Of a stretch of 50,365 bases of DNA, positions 7,622 through 16,316 are shown one piece after another. Source of the stretch: an uncultured Planctomycetales bacterium (GTDB lineage: Bacteria; Omnitrophota; Gorgyraeia; Gygaellales; Profunditerraquicolaceae); assembly GCA_964487475.1 (NCBI GenBank), contig CAZAPM010000016.1:1-50365 (forward strand), written 5' to 3'. The position numbers and the translations under genes were made by a program. Under the pieces are notes generated by a model, which had not been told where the DNA came from, made no database searches, and was given only the letters and a program-made list of their open reading frames with translations. How positions within the stretch are numbered: the stretch's first letter is position 1; each line of letters begins with the position of its first letter.

Positions 7622-9516
7622 GTCCGGGAAATTTTCCTTACGTATACCATGAGCAATGCGATGGCGGCGGGAGTGACTCCCGATATACGGGAAGCCTGGC
7701 CGAGCGTCAAAGGCCGGAAACGCTCCAGCTTCTCCCGTATCTCGCGGGAGAGCCCGGGGACTTCTCCGTACCCGATATCCTTGGGCAATCTGATCTTTTC
7801 CAGGTGCTGAAAGCGGGAAACCTCTGCGGCTTGCCGCTGGATGAATCCCTCATATTTTACCTCAATCTCCACCTGCTGCAAAGCGAAATCCGGGATGGAA
7901 AATCCCCCCTGGAGCGACGCCAGCTGCGCGAGCTTCTCCATATCCATACCCGGGCGCTTGAGCAAAGAATCAAAGGAAAGGGGCCGGCGGGAGTACGGCT
8001 CGCTCCACTGCGCCAATAACGCCTGTGCCTGCGCGGTAGGCTTGAAATGGGTACGCTTGAGATACTCCACCCCCCGGGCGACTGCCTCGGCTTTGCGGCG
8101 CACCTGCTGATATCTCTCTTCTTTCACCAGGCCTGCCTCAAACCCGATCCCGGTCAAACGCAGATCGGCGTTATCCTCCCTGAGCACCAGCCGGTACTCC
8201 ACCCGCGAGGTAAACATCCGGTACGGCTCCTGCGTTCCAACCGTAGTCAGATCGTCGATCAGGACGCCGATGTACCCGCTGGAGCGGTCAAGCACCACCG
8301 GCTCCCTTTTCTGCAGCTGCAAGGCGGCGTTGATGCCGGCAATCAGCCCCTGGGCTGCAGCCTCCTCATAACCGGTCGTGCCGTTGATCTGGCCGGCGAG
8401 GAAAAGCCCGGATACGCGCTTAGTTTCCAATGTCGGATACAACTGTGTCGGCTCGACCACGGTATGTTCGATCCCGTAGCCGTAGCGCACGATACGCGCC
8501 TGCTCCAGGCCCTCTATCGAATGCACCAGGGCATCCTGCACCTCTTCGGGCAGGCTGGTGGATATCCCGTTAGGATAGATCAGGTCGGAATCAAGTCCCT
8601 GCGGCTCGAGGAACACCTGATGCCGGGCCCTGTCCGAAAATTTGACGATCTTATCCTCGATCGAGGGACAATACCGCACTCCGGTGGACTTGATGACCCC
8701 GGTGTACAGGGGGGATTTGTCGAGATTCTCCCGGATGATGCGGTGGGTGCGTTCGTTGGTGAAGGTAAGATGACAGGGGACCTGGGAGTTCGGCAAGGTA
8801 GCAGTGGTAAAGGAAAAGGGGTGCGGCGGTATATCCCCCGGCTGCGGCTCGAGGCGAGAGAAATCGATCGTGCGCTTATCGATACGGGGACAGGTGCCGG
8901 TCTTAAAGCGCAGCAGCCCGAAACCAAGGTCCGCAAGGCTTTTACCCAGTCCCTGGCTTGCCGGCTCTCCGATCCTCCCTCCGCTGGTGCTTTTTAACCC
9001 CACATGCATGAGCCCGGCGAGGAAAGTGCCGGGAGCCAGCACTACGGCATCCGCGAAAAGCCGTTGGCCGTCCTTAAGGGTGATCCCGATGACCCTGTTG
9101 CCTTCTGTCAGCAGGGATTCCGCTTCACCCTCGATAATGGTGAGATTTTCCTGCGCCTCGACCGTACGCAGCATATACCGGCGGTAAAGTTCCATGTCGA
9201 TCTGGGCCCGGGAGGAGTGCACGGCAGGGCCTTTTGAGGCGTTAAGCACCCTAAACTGGATCCCGCAGGCGTCCGCGGCTCTTCCCATCTCCCCGCCCAG
9301 GGCATCGACCTCCTTGACCAGCTGGCCCTTGCCCACTCCGCCGATCGCGGGATTACAGCTCATCAGGCCGATGGTATCCCTGCGGAAGGTGACCAGCATG
9401 GTCGGGCACCCCATGCGCGAGGCGGCCAGCGCCGCCTCTATCCCCGCATGCCCCGCCCCCACCACAAGTAGGGACGGTTCTGATTTACGGTTAGAAGTGT
9501 CCCCTGATTTTATCAT
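7618..9516 (-). CDS. mnmG: tRNA uridine-5-carboxymethylaminomethyl modification enzyme MnmG (GidA)
   Basis: VVGAGHAGIEAA, MSCNPAIGG, RFKTGTCPR, RYCPSIEDK, AGQINGTTGYEEAAAQG, EPYRMFTSR and GQASRISGVTPAAI motifs. Confidence 0.97.
   Translation of the reverse strand: MIKSGDTSNRKSEPSLLVVGAGHAGIEAALAASRMGCPTMLVTFRRDTIGLMSCNPAIGGVGKGQLVKEVDALGGEMGRAADACGIQFRVLNASKGPAVHSSRAQIDMELYRRYMLRTVEAQENLTIIEGEAESLLTEGNRVIGITLKDGQRLFADAVVLAPGTFLAGLMHVGLKSTSGGRIGEPASQGLGKSLADLGFGLLRFKTGTCPRIDKRTIDFSRLEPQPGDIPPHPFSFTTATLPNSQVPCHLTFTNERTHRIIRENLDKSPLYTGVIKSTGVRYCPSIEDKIVKFSDRARHQVFLEPQGLDSDLIYPNGISTSLPEEVQDALVHSIEGLEQARIVRYGYGIEHTVVEPTQLYPTLETKRVSGLFLAGQINGTTGYEEAAAQGLIAGINAALQLQKREPVVLDRSSGYIGVLIDDLTTVGTQEPYRMFTSRVEYRLVLREDNADLRLTGIGFEAGLVKEERYQQVRRKAEAVARGVEYLKRTHFKPTAQAQALLAQWSEPYSRRPLSFDSLLKRPGMDMEKLAQLASLQGGFSIPDFALQQVEIEVKYEGFIQRQAAEVSRFQHLEKIRLPKDIGYGEVPGLSREIREKLERFRPLTLGQASRISGVTPAAIALLMVYVRKISRT
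9469..9503 (+). repeat. REP-like imperfect palindrome, left copy (with G at 9468 it begins with GTAG)
   Basis: TAGGGACGGTTCTGATTTACGGTTAGAAGTGTCCC is the exact reverse complement of 10094-10128. Arms GGGACGGTTCTGA and TTAGAAGTGTCCC pair as a hairpin. Confidence 0.85.
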
Positions 9517-9588
9517 TTCTGATCGAAGAGATAAAAAAAACGGTTAGAAATCACTACTTCCTGCGTCTTATTACTAGGAGGTGGCAAA

Positions 9589-10068
9589 ATGCCCAGAAAA
9601 GCGAGAATTACGATTCAAAACGGATGTTACCATGTTATCACACGGGGAAATCAAAGACAAAACGTTTTTCTCCGCCAGGAAGATTATCGCCATTACATGA
9701 AAGTTATTTCATTCTACAAAAAGAGGTTCCGCTTTAAGCTTTTTTCTTTTTGCCTTATGCCCAATCATGTACACCTGCTCATTCAAGTTCCTAACCCCTC
9801 TGATCTCAATAAGATAATGCGGGGGATAAACCTAAGTTACACTCTTTACTTCAACATCAAGTACAAAAAAGTCGGACACTTATGGCAAGACCGGTTTAAA
9901 AGTAAGATCATTGTACACGGGATGTATCTTTTGGAATGCATCCGCTATATAGAAGAGAATCCCCTGCGGTGCGATCTTGCGGAGAGAATAAATAAATACC
10001 CCTGGAGCAGTTTTACCTTTCGCAACGGAGAAAGCTCATTAATTGATGCGCTCTCATCGCTTGGGTAA
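9589..10068 (+). mobile_element. REP-associated tyrosine transposase (RAYT, IS200-like Y1 HUH)
   Basis: MPRKAR..YHVITRGN, CLMPNHVHLL (HUH), GHLWQDRFKS, YIEENP (catalytic Tyr) and YPWSS; AGGAGG SD; AT-richer than flanks; flanked by inverted REP-like repeats. Confidence 0.92.
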
Positions 10069-10093
10069 AACGCCCCAGGGGAGCAGGGTAAAA

Positions 10094-10128
10094 GGGACAC
10101 TTCTAACCGTAAATCAGAACCGTCCCTA
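10094..10128 (-). repeat. REP-like imperfect palindrome, right copy, between the convergent RAYT and nrdJ stops
   Basis: GGGACACTTCTAACCGTAAATCAGAACCGTCCCTA is 35/35 identical to the left copy in inverted orientation. Confidence 0.85.
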
Positions 10129-10142
10129 GGTCCTAGGTCAGT

Positions 10143-12458
10143 TTAACACTTGGAATAGCCGCAGCCCTGGCACTTGACGCAGCCTTCTTCATGGCGCAAG
10201 GCGCCGCCGCAATCGGGGCACACACCCACGATATCCCCGCGCGCCGCCGCTTCCGCCATCTGCACATCGTCATAATGCGCATGCTTCATCGCTGCCTGAG
10301 GGACCTCCTCCTGCATCGTGACCACCATCCCGCTTACCAGCCTCTTCTCAATGACCCGGGCAATGGCGTCCGCACAGGAGAATATCCTCTTTCCCTTCTC
10401 CCAGGAAGGAGAAGGACAGCGAATATTACGCAGCTGCTCGATGATGGCATTGACCTCGATCCCGGAGCGGAAACCCAGCGAGACCAGCCTTCCCAGCGCT
10501 TCCAGCTGGCTTCCGGCGCACCCTCCCGCCTTGCCCATCTGGGTGAAAAGCTCGAACGGTTTGCCACCCTCATCCAGGTTGATGGTCACGTAAAGGTTGC
10601 CGCAGCCCGTAGGCACCTTGGTGGTGGTCCCTACGATCACTTCCGGCCTGGGCCGGGGAGCGATCTTGCCCGCCTCCACCTGCACATGCGAGGCCGCCGC
10701 CGGCGCAGCCACCCTGGCATCCTCTTTCTTATGCGTCCCTACGTTAAGCACCTGCTCCTCGCGGCTCTTATCGCGATAGATGGTGATCCCCTTGCAGTTC
10801 AAGGTATACGCCAGCAGGTACGACTTGCGCACATCCTCGATCGTCGCCTCATTGGGGAAATTAATGGTCTTGGAGGTGGCGTTGTGGACGTATTTCTGGA
10901 ACGCCGCCTGCATGCGCACGTGCCACTCCGGAGCGATATCATGAGCGGTCACGAACACCCGCTTCACGTCGTCGGGAATGCCCTCCACATGGCTGGCAGA
11001 CCCGTGCTCCGCGACCTTCTCCATCAGTTCCCGGCTGTAGAACCCGCGCGTGCGGGCCACTTCCTCGAAGAGAGGATCGACCTCGATCAGCTTATCGTTA
11101 TCCATGACGTTGCGGTAATAGACCAGGGCAAAAAGCGGCTCGATCCCCGAGGAACAGGGGCCGGCGATGATGCTGATGGTGCCGGTCGGCGCGATCGTGG
11201 TCAGGGTGGCGTTGCGCATGCGCGTGCCCCCCTCCTTCTTGTCGAAGATGCTGCCCTTGAAAGACGGGAACACCCCGCGCTCCTTGGCCATATCCTGGGA
11301 CTTCCTGACCGCTTCGTCCATGATGAAGGACATCACCTTCTCGCCGAGGGAAACCGCCTCCTCCGAATCGTAAGGGATCCCTAAGCGGATCAAAAGCGTC
11401 GACCAGCCCATCACGCCCAGCCCGATCTTGCGGGTGGCCTTGGTCGCCTTCTCGATCTCCGGCATGGGGAACTTGTTGACGTCGATCAGGTTATCCAGGA
11501 AATGCACGGCCTGGCGGGTCACCTTGCGCAGACGCTCCCAATCGATGCTGATACGGCCGTTCTCTTCCTTATATAATACCGAAAGGTTCACCGATCCTAA
11601 GTCGCAGCTCTCGTAAGGCAGCAAAGGCTGCTCTCCGCAGGGATTGGTGCTGACGATACGGCCCAGTTGCGGGGTAGGATTATACTGATTGATACGGTCG
11701 ATAAAGATAATGCCGGGCTCACCGTTCTTATGAGCCTGTTTGACGATCAGGTCGAACGCTTCCTTGGTCGGGATACGGCGCACCGGCTGCTTAGAGTGAG
11801 GATCGATCAGGTCGTACTCCTCCCCCTTCTGCAGCTTCTGCATGAAATCGTCGGTGATGGCGACCGAGATATTGAAATTGGTGATGGCGCTGTTGCTTTC
11901 CTTGCAAGTCACGAACTCCAGGATATCCGGATGGTCGATGGAGAGGATGCCCATATTCGCCCCCCGGCGCGTGCCGCCCTGCTTGACCGCCTCGGTCGCC
12001 GCATCATACACTTTCATGAAGGAGACCGGGCCGGACGCAACACCCCCGGTGGAACGCACCACCGAATTCTTCGGCCGCAGCTTGGAAAAGCAGAATCCCG
12101 TTCCGCCGCCGGACTTATGGATCATCGCAGTAGCCTTGAGGGTCTCGAAGATCGATTCCATGGCATCTTCGATGGGAAGGGTAAAGCACGCGGAAAGCTG
12201 GCCTAGATCCCTGCCTGCGTTCATCAGACAGGGGGAATTAGGCAGGAACTCCAATTCCGTCATCATCTGATAGAACTCATCGGTGAGGGCCTGTACTTCG
12301 CGCTCCGTCTTGCCGTAGATCCTGTCTGCTGCGGCAATGGTCTTCGCCACGCGGGTAAAAAGGTCCTCCGGGGTCTCGACTACCTTACCCTGGGGATCTT
12401 TTTTAAGGTACCTGCGTTCCAGGACTTTGAGGGAATTGGGGGAAAGCTTTACTGCCAT
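10143..12458 (-). CDS. nrdJ: Adenosylcobalamin-dependent class II ribonucleotide reductase with fused C-terminal TSCPD and Zn-ribbon domains
   Basis: FLPNSPCLMNAG, LSACF, QGGTRRGANM, TNPCGEQPL, CDLGSVNL, TIAPTGTIS and KGITIYRD; C-terminal TGCGNLYVTIN...CPDCGG...CVKCQGCGYSKC. Confidence 0.95.
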   Translation of the reverse strand: MAVKLSPNSLKVLERRYLKKDPQGKVVETPEDLFTRVAKTIAAADRIYGKTEREVQALTDEFYQMMTELEFLPNSPCLMNAGRDLGQLSACFTLPIEDAMESIFETLKATAMIHKSGGGTGFCFSKLRPKNSVVRSTGGVASGPVSFMKVYDAATEAVKQGGTRRGANMGILSIDHPDILEFVTCKESNSAITNFNISVAITDDFMQKLQKGEEYDLIDPHSKQPVRRIPTKEAFDLIVKQAHKNGEPGIIFIDRINQYNPTPQLGRIVSTNPCGEQPLLPYESCDLGSVNLSVLYKEENGRISIDWERLRKVTRQAVHFLDNLIDVNKFPMPEIEKATKATRKIGLGVMGWSTLLIRLGIPYDSEEAVSLGEKVMSFIMDEAVRKSQDMAKERGVFPSFKGSIFDKKEGGTRMRNATLTTIAPTGTISIIAGPCSSGIEPLFALVYYRNVMDNDKLIEVDPLFEEVARTRGFYSRELMEKVAEHGSASHVEGIPDDVKRVFVTAHDIAPEWHVRMQAAFQKYVHNATSKTINFPNEATIEDVRKSYLLAYTLNCKGITIYRDKSREEQVLNVGTHKKEDARVAAPAAASHVQVEAGKIAPRPRPEVIVGTTTKVPTGCGNLYVTINLDEGGKPFELFTQMGKAGGCAGSQLEALGRLVSLGFRSGIEVNAIIEQLRNIRCPSPSWEKGKRIFSCADAIARVIEKRLVSGMVVTMQEEVPQAAMKHAHYDDVQMAEAAARGDIVGVCPDCGGALRHEEGCVKCQGCGYSKC

Positions 12459-12515
12459 GGGCTACCTCCGGATCTGCTCCTGTGGGTACATGCAAAATTG
12501 TTTACGCAAGTATGT

Positions 12516-12544
12516 AGTATACTCTCGGGCACATACCTTGTCAA
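12516..12544 (-). promoter_or_regulatory. Sigma70 promoter of nrdJ
   Basis: TTGACA (12544-12539), 17-bp spacer, TATACT (12521-12516). Confidence 0.85.
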
Positions 12545-12554
12545 CACAAAATAA

Positions 12555-12601
12555 ATACCACCTGTTGTGGTCGTTCTTCAAAGACCTACTATAAATTGTA
12601 G
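12555..12601. promoter_or_regulatory. Tandem NrdR boxes
   Basis: ATACCACCTGTTGTGG (12555-12570, weaker) and CTACTATAAATTGTAG (12586-12601) fit acaCwAtATaTwGtgt. Starts are 31 bp apart, the typical spacing, upstream of an RNR gene. Confidence 0.75.
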
Positions 12602-12638
12602 TACAGAGAAAAGCGGAGTTCCGACGGAAAAGCAGGAT

Positions 12639-13655
12639 CTACAAGGTGCGGCAGGACTCGCGGACCACTAATTCTGTAGGCAACAATATCTTTTCGGGAG
12701 CGATCTTCTTGTTCGATTTCATGAGCACGCTCAAACGCTTGACGCTCTCCTGGGCCATCTTCACCAGCGGCTGGCGCACCGTGGTCAATGCCACCGGCCC
12801 GTAAAGACCGGAGGGATTATCGTCGAACCCGATCAGCGAGAAATCCTTCGGTATCACTTTGCCCGCCTCCCGCAGCACCGCCATGACCTCCAACGCCATG
12901 GAATCCGACGCGGCGAAGATCGCCGTCGGAGGCTCGGACAGGGAGAGCAGTTTCTCCGCCGCCTGGCGCGCCTGCCCGCGGGAATAATCGGTCTTGACGA
13001 TATACTCGTCGCGCACCGGCACGCCGTGCTTGCGCAAGGAACGCACATACCCTTCCAGACGCCAGGCTGCCGCCTGAGTGATCACATCCCCGGCCACATG
13101 GGCTATCTTGGTATGCCCCAGGGAGATCAGGTAATCCACCGCGGATTCCGCCCCGCCCAGGTTATCCACGGCGATACAATCCGCCGCGATATCGTCCACG
13201 TAGTTATTGATGACCACCACCGGGAGCCCCTCGCGCATGACCGACTCGAGCTGGTGCCGGTTGGCGATGATATCCGCGAAGATATACCCCCCTGCCCCGC
13301 GCACGTTGATCTGGGAACGGGAATCCGCCAGGTGCAGCAGCAGATCGAGTTTAAGGACCTCGCAGAGCGTCCCGATACCGCGCAGAAGCTCGAGGACGTA
13401 GAAGGAATAAAACATCCCCTCGTAGCGCGGGATGACCAGGCCGACCACGTTGCTCTTGCCGGTGGCCAGGCGCTGGGCGATGATGGAAGGCTGGTAATTG
13501 AGCTGCTTGACGGCGTCAAGGACCCGGATACGGTTCTTTTCCTTGACCGAGGGGAACTTGTTGATGACCCGGGACACCGTGGTAATGGAAACACCCGCGA
13601 CCCGGGCGACGTCCTCGATGGAGTTATTCTTCGATGGTGTTTTCTTAACCCGCAT
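12639..13655 (-). CDS. LacI family transcriptional regulator
   Basis: SIEDVARVAGVSITTVSRVIN HTH; YLISLGHTKIA, PTAIFAASD, SLIGFDD and LTTVRQP motifs. Confidence 0.95.
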   Translation of the reverse strand: MRVKKTPSKNNSIEDVARVAGVSITTVSRVINKFPSVKEKNRIRVLDAVKQLNYQPSIIAQRLATGKSNVVGLVIPRYEGMFYSFYVLELLRGIGTLCEVLKLDLLLHLADSRSQINVRGAGGYIFADIIANRHQLESVMREGLPVVVINNYVDDIAADCIAVDNLGGAESAVDYLISLGHTKIAHVAGDVITQAAAWRLEGYVRSLRKHGVPVRDEYIVKTDYSRGQARQAAEKLLSLSEPPTAIFAASDSMALEVMAVLREAGKVIPKDFSLIGFDDNPSGLYGPVALTTVRQPLVKMAQESVKRLSVLMKSNKKIAPEKILLPTELVVRESCRTL

Positions 13656-13675
13656 AACGCTCTATCCGTCGGGAC

Positions 13676-14881
13676 TTATTTGACGGTATCTCCGATCTTG
13701 AAGGTCGTGGTCTTTTTCTTGATGTCGCAGGCGGAGATGGTGTTGCGCACCTGGATCACCTCGATGGAACCGATCTCTTCCCCGTCACGGGACACCTTAA
13801 AGACGTCTCCCATGGAGACTCCGGCATCCTCTCCCAGGTCGATCACCACGAAATTATTCGCGAGGTCGGTGGAAAGGATCCTGCCCACCAGGCCGAGCGA
13901 GCGGGTTTCCGGATCGGACGCAGCCGGCGTGTTCGAAGGACGCACCACGATGGGAGGAAGCTCCACCGCGTTCTGGGCGGCCAAAGCCTCGGCCTTGGCG
14001 GCAGCCGCGCTCTCAGGGCTCGGCCCGTCCACGAGCTGCCTCTTGAGGATATCCAGCTCGTTGATCTTACCCTTGAGGAAAGTATCCATTTCGTTGAAAC
14101 GGCTGTCGAGCTCCATATTCTTGGCCTGCAGCTCGGTCAACTTGCGCTCCAGGTCGATCTTACGGCTGTTCAGGGTCTCCAGCTGACGGCGCAGCGCCAG
14201 GTTCTCGTTCTTCAGGGGCTTGACCTGGTCCTGGATCTTGATCTTATCGTTCTTCTCGCGCACCAGTTCCTGGGCCACGGAATCCATCATCTTCTGGTTG
14301 TAATCGAGCTGACGGCGCAGGTCTTCCTTTTCCCGTCCCAGATTGGAGATCTCCAGCTGCATGCTGCTCTTTTCGCGCTGTAACTGTTCGTTGTTGATCT
14401 TGGCGCTGCGCACTTCGGCGGAGATGGTCTCGAGCTTGAGCTCCAGATCGGTCTTGGCTTTCAGCACACCGGCCCAATACGCGTCATTCGCCTGGCCTCC
14501 GGAGGAGATCGCGGGCATGAACGAAGGGGCGGCCATGGCCGAAGATGCGGGAGCTTCAGTTCTCTGGGCCTTGAGCCGGTTGATCTGCTCCTGCAGGTCG
14601 TTCTTGGCCTGTTCCACCGCCATGTAGCGGCGGCTGAGATCGTCCTTCTCGCGGCTCACCTGGTCGAACTTCGAGGTCAGCGACTTGACCCTCTCGTCAA
14701 GCCTCTTCTCGTTTTCCCGGCTCTTGTTGACATCCCCGATGAGCTGCTCGTTCTTTTCCTTGAGGCTATCGCGGTCCTGCTCAAGCTTCTGCTTGGCATC
14801 GTAACCTATGAAGACAAGACCTACCAATACCGCGATGATTACCGCAAGAATCCCGATAAACATTTTTGCTTTTTGATCCAT
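13676..14881 (-). CDS. Membrane-anchored long coiled-coil protein with a small C-terminal beta domain
   Basis: N-terminal hydrophobic helix; about 250 aa of heptad-rich E/K/Q/L sequence; C-terminal GRILSTD..NNFVVIDLGEDAGVSMGDVFKV...IGSIEVIQV. Confidence 0.75.
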   Translation of the reverse strand: MDQKAKMFIGILAVIIAVLVGLVFIGYDAKQKLEQDRDSLKEKNEQLIGDVNKSRENEKRLDERVKSLTSKFDQVSREKDDLSRRYMAVEQAKNDLQEQINRLKAQRTEAPASSAMAAPSFMPAISSGGQANDAYWAGVLKAKTDLELKLETISAEVRSAKINNEQLQREKSSMQLEISNLGREKEDLRRQLDYNQKMMDSVAQELVREKNDKIKIQDQVKPLKNENLALRRQLETLNSRKIDLERKLTELQAKNMELDSRFNEMDTFLKGKINELDILKRQLVDGPSPESAAAAKAEALAAQNAVELPPIVVRPSNTPAASDPETRSLGLVGRILSTDLANNFVVIDLGEDAGVSMGDVFKVSRDGEEIGSIEVIQVRNTISACDIKKKTTTFKIGDTVK

Positions 14882-14914
14882 GTCCCCTCCTGCTATGGCC
14901 TGGCCTGCCTACGT

Positions 14915-16150
14915 TTATCCCAATCGGGCAAATACATACTGCATCACAAGACTTGCCGCACCCACCGCAACCGCGTTCTCGCGTAACTGCGAATAGGTGA
15001 TCTTCAGGTCCTCGTTCGTCTCGCGGAACGACCAATCCTTGACCGTCGAGATCACCTTGTTCAGAAAATCCTCTCCCGCCTCCTCCAGCCCTCCGCCGAT
15101 GACCACCACCTGCGGGTTCAGCAGGTTCACCAGAGAGGCGATCTTGATCCCGAGCCTTTTCGCCGCCGCTTCCAGGACCCGCTGCGCGATGGGATCTTTA
15201 GACCGGCCGGCGATGAAGATACTTTTCAAATCCACGTTCTCCAGCGAACTGGCGGTAAGCTTGAAGAACCTGGCCGCTCCCTGCGCATCCTGCGCGAGCA
15301 GCTCCCGGGCATGGCTGATCATCCCCAGGTCGATCTCCCAGCGTTTGATAAAACAATCGGAGCCGGTCTTGCAGTTGAAAAGATCCTGCTCCTTATAATT
15401 ATAGATGGAAACCTCTCCGGCGTACCCCTGTGTTCCGGTGTAGACCTCGCCGTTGAGCATGATCCCGCAGCCGACCCCCGAGAACATATAGATGACGTTC
15501 TTGTATCCCCGCTCCAGGTCGAGCCAATGCTCTCCGAAACACGCGGCGTTGGCGTCATTCTCGATCAGGACCGGCAGGTTGAATTCCTTTTCCAGCCAGT
15601 CTCGCAAAGGCAGGTCGATGGAAGCGTAGGTGTAATGATGGTCGATTCGCTGCGGCCAGTGGATGGAGCCGTCCTTCTTGTTCACCAATCCGGCGATACC
15701 CACGCCGATGCCTTTGATGTTGGCGCTGTAATCCTTGGAGCGGCGGATGATCTCCCGGATGATCTCCAGCACGCATTCGGTGATCTCTTTGACCGAAGCC
15801 CGGGGACGGGCGATCTGGGTCTTGGTGATGATGTTGCCTTTGAGGTCCATCAGCAGGCCGACCATGTTCATCAGGTTCAGGCCCACGCCGATGGTATAAC
15901 ACGCCTGCGGGTTAAGATCGAGCAGGGTCGGCCTTCTTCCGCCTTCGGAAACATCCAGCTCTTTCTCGTACACCAGATTATGCTTCAGGAAATCATCCAC
16001 GTAATTGGAAATGGTGACGACATTGATACCCATCTCGCGGGAGATATCGGGGCGGCTGATCGGACCGTAGCGGCGCAACACGGAGAGCATCTCGATACTG
16101 CGTTTTTCCTTTTCGCTAAGCTCCTCTTTCCTCAAATCCAATGCGCGCAT
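14915..16150 (-). CDS. ROK family transcriptional regulator (NagC/XylR-like)
   Basis: N-terminal wHTH (GPISRPDIS..., GGRRP); GIGVGIAG, VLIENDANA, GVGCGIM and NLLNPQVVVIGG motifs. Confidence 0.92.
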   Translation of the reverse strand: MRALDLRKEELSEKEKRSIEMLSVLRRYGPISRPDISREMGINVVTISNYVDDFLKHNLVYEKELDVSEGGRRPTLLDLNPQACYTIGVGLNLMNMVGLLMDLKGNIITKTQIARPRASVKEITECVLEIIREIIRRSKDYSANIKGIGVGIAGLVNKKDGSIHWPQRIDHHYTYASIDLPLRDWLEKEFNLPVLIENDANAACFGEHWLDLERGYKNVIYMFSGVGCGIMLNGEVYTGTQGYAGEVSIYNYKEQDLFNCKTGSDCFIKRWEIDLGMISHARELLAQDAQGAARFFKLTASSLENVDLKSIFIAGRSKDPIAQRVLEAAAKRLGIKIASLVNLLNPQVVVIGGGLEEAGEDFLNKVISTVKDWSFRETNEDLKITYSQLRENAVAVGAASLVMQYVFARLG

Positions 16151-16231
16151 ACCCTAAGCTCTTCTTTCTCCGTGGCTTATCGAAAAGAAAAATGATTGGA
16201 AAACAGTATATAATGCGTATATAACGATTTA

Positions 16232-16260
16232 GTTATACTACTAAAAAGAATATAAGTCAA
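16232..16260 (-). promoter_or_regulatory. Sigma70 promoter of the ROK / coiled-coil / LacI unit
   Basis: TTGACT (16260-16255), 17-bp spacer, TATAAC (16237-16232) in an AT-rich intergenic region. Confidence 0.7.
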
Positions 16261-16316
16261 GCGATTTTAAGAAGTAAGGAACGGGATGCCCGAAAAAAAG
16301 GAGCGGAGGGGCACTC

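Noticed and set aside
9469..10128. Reading the 35-bp repeats as IS terminal inverted repeats or as a CRISPR array
   Set aside because: The enzyme is an HUH Y1 type, not DDE; no flanking target-site duplication; only two full copies, inverted, with no spacers or cas genes.
12459..12638. Cobalamin riboswitch upstream of nrdJ
   Set aside because: The leader from the predicted promoter is only about 50 nt and has no B12-box-like sequence.
16280..16316. Possible terminator after the TPR gene
   Set aside because: The TGCCC/GGGCA stem encloses the T-run instead of preceding it; not a convincing intrinsic terminator.
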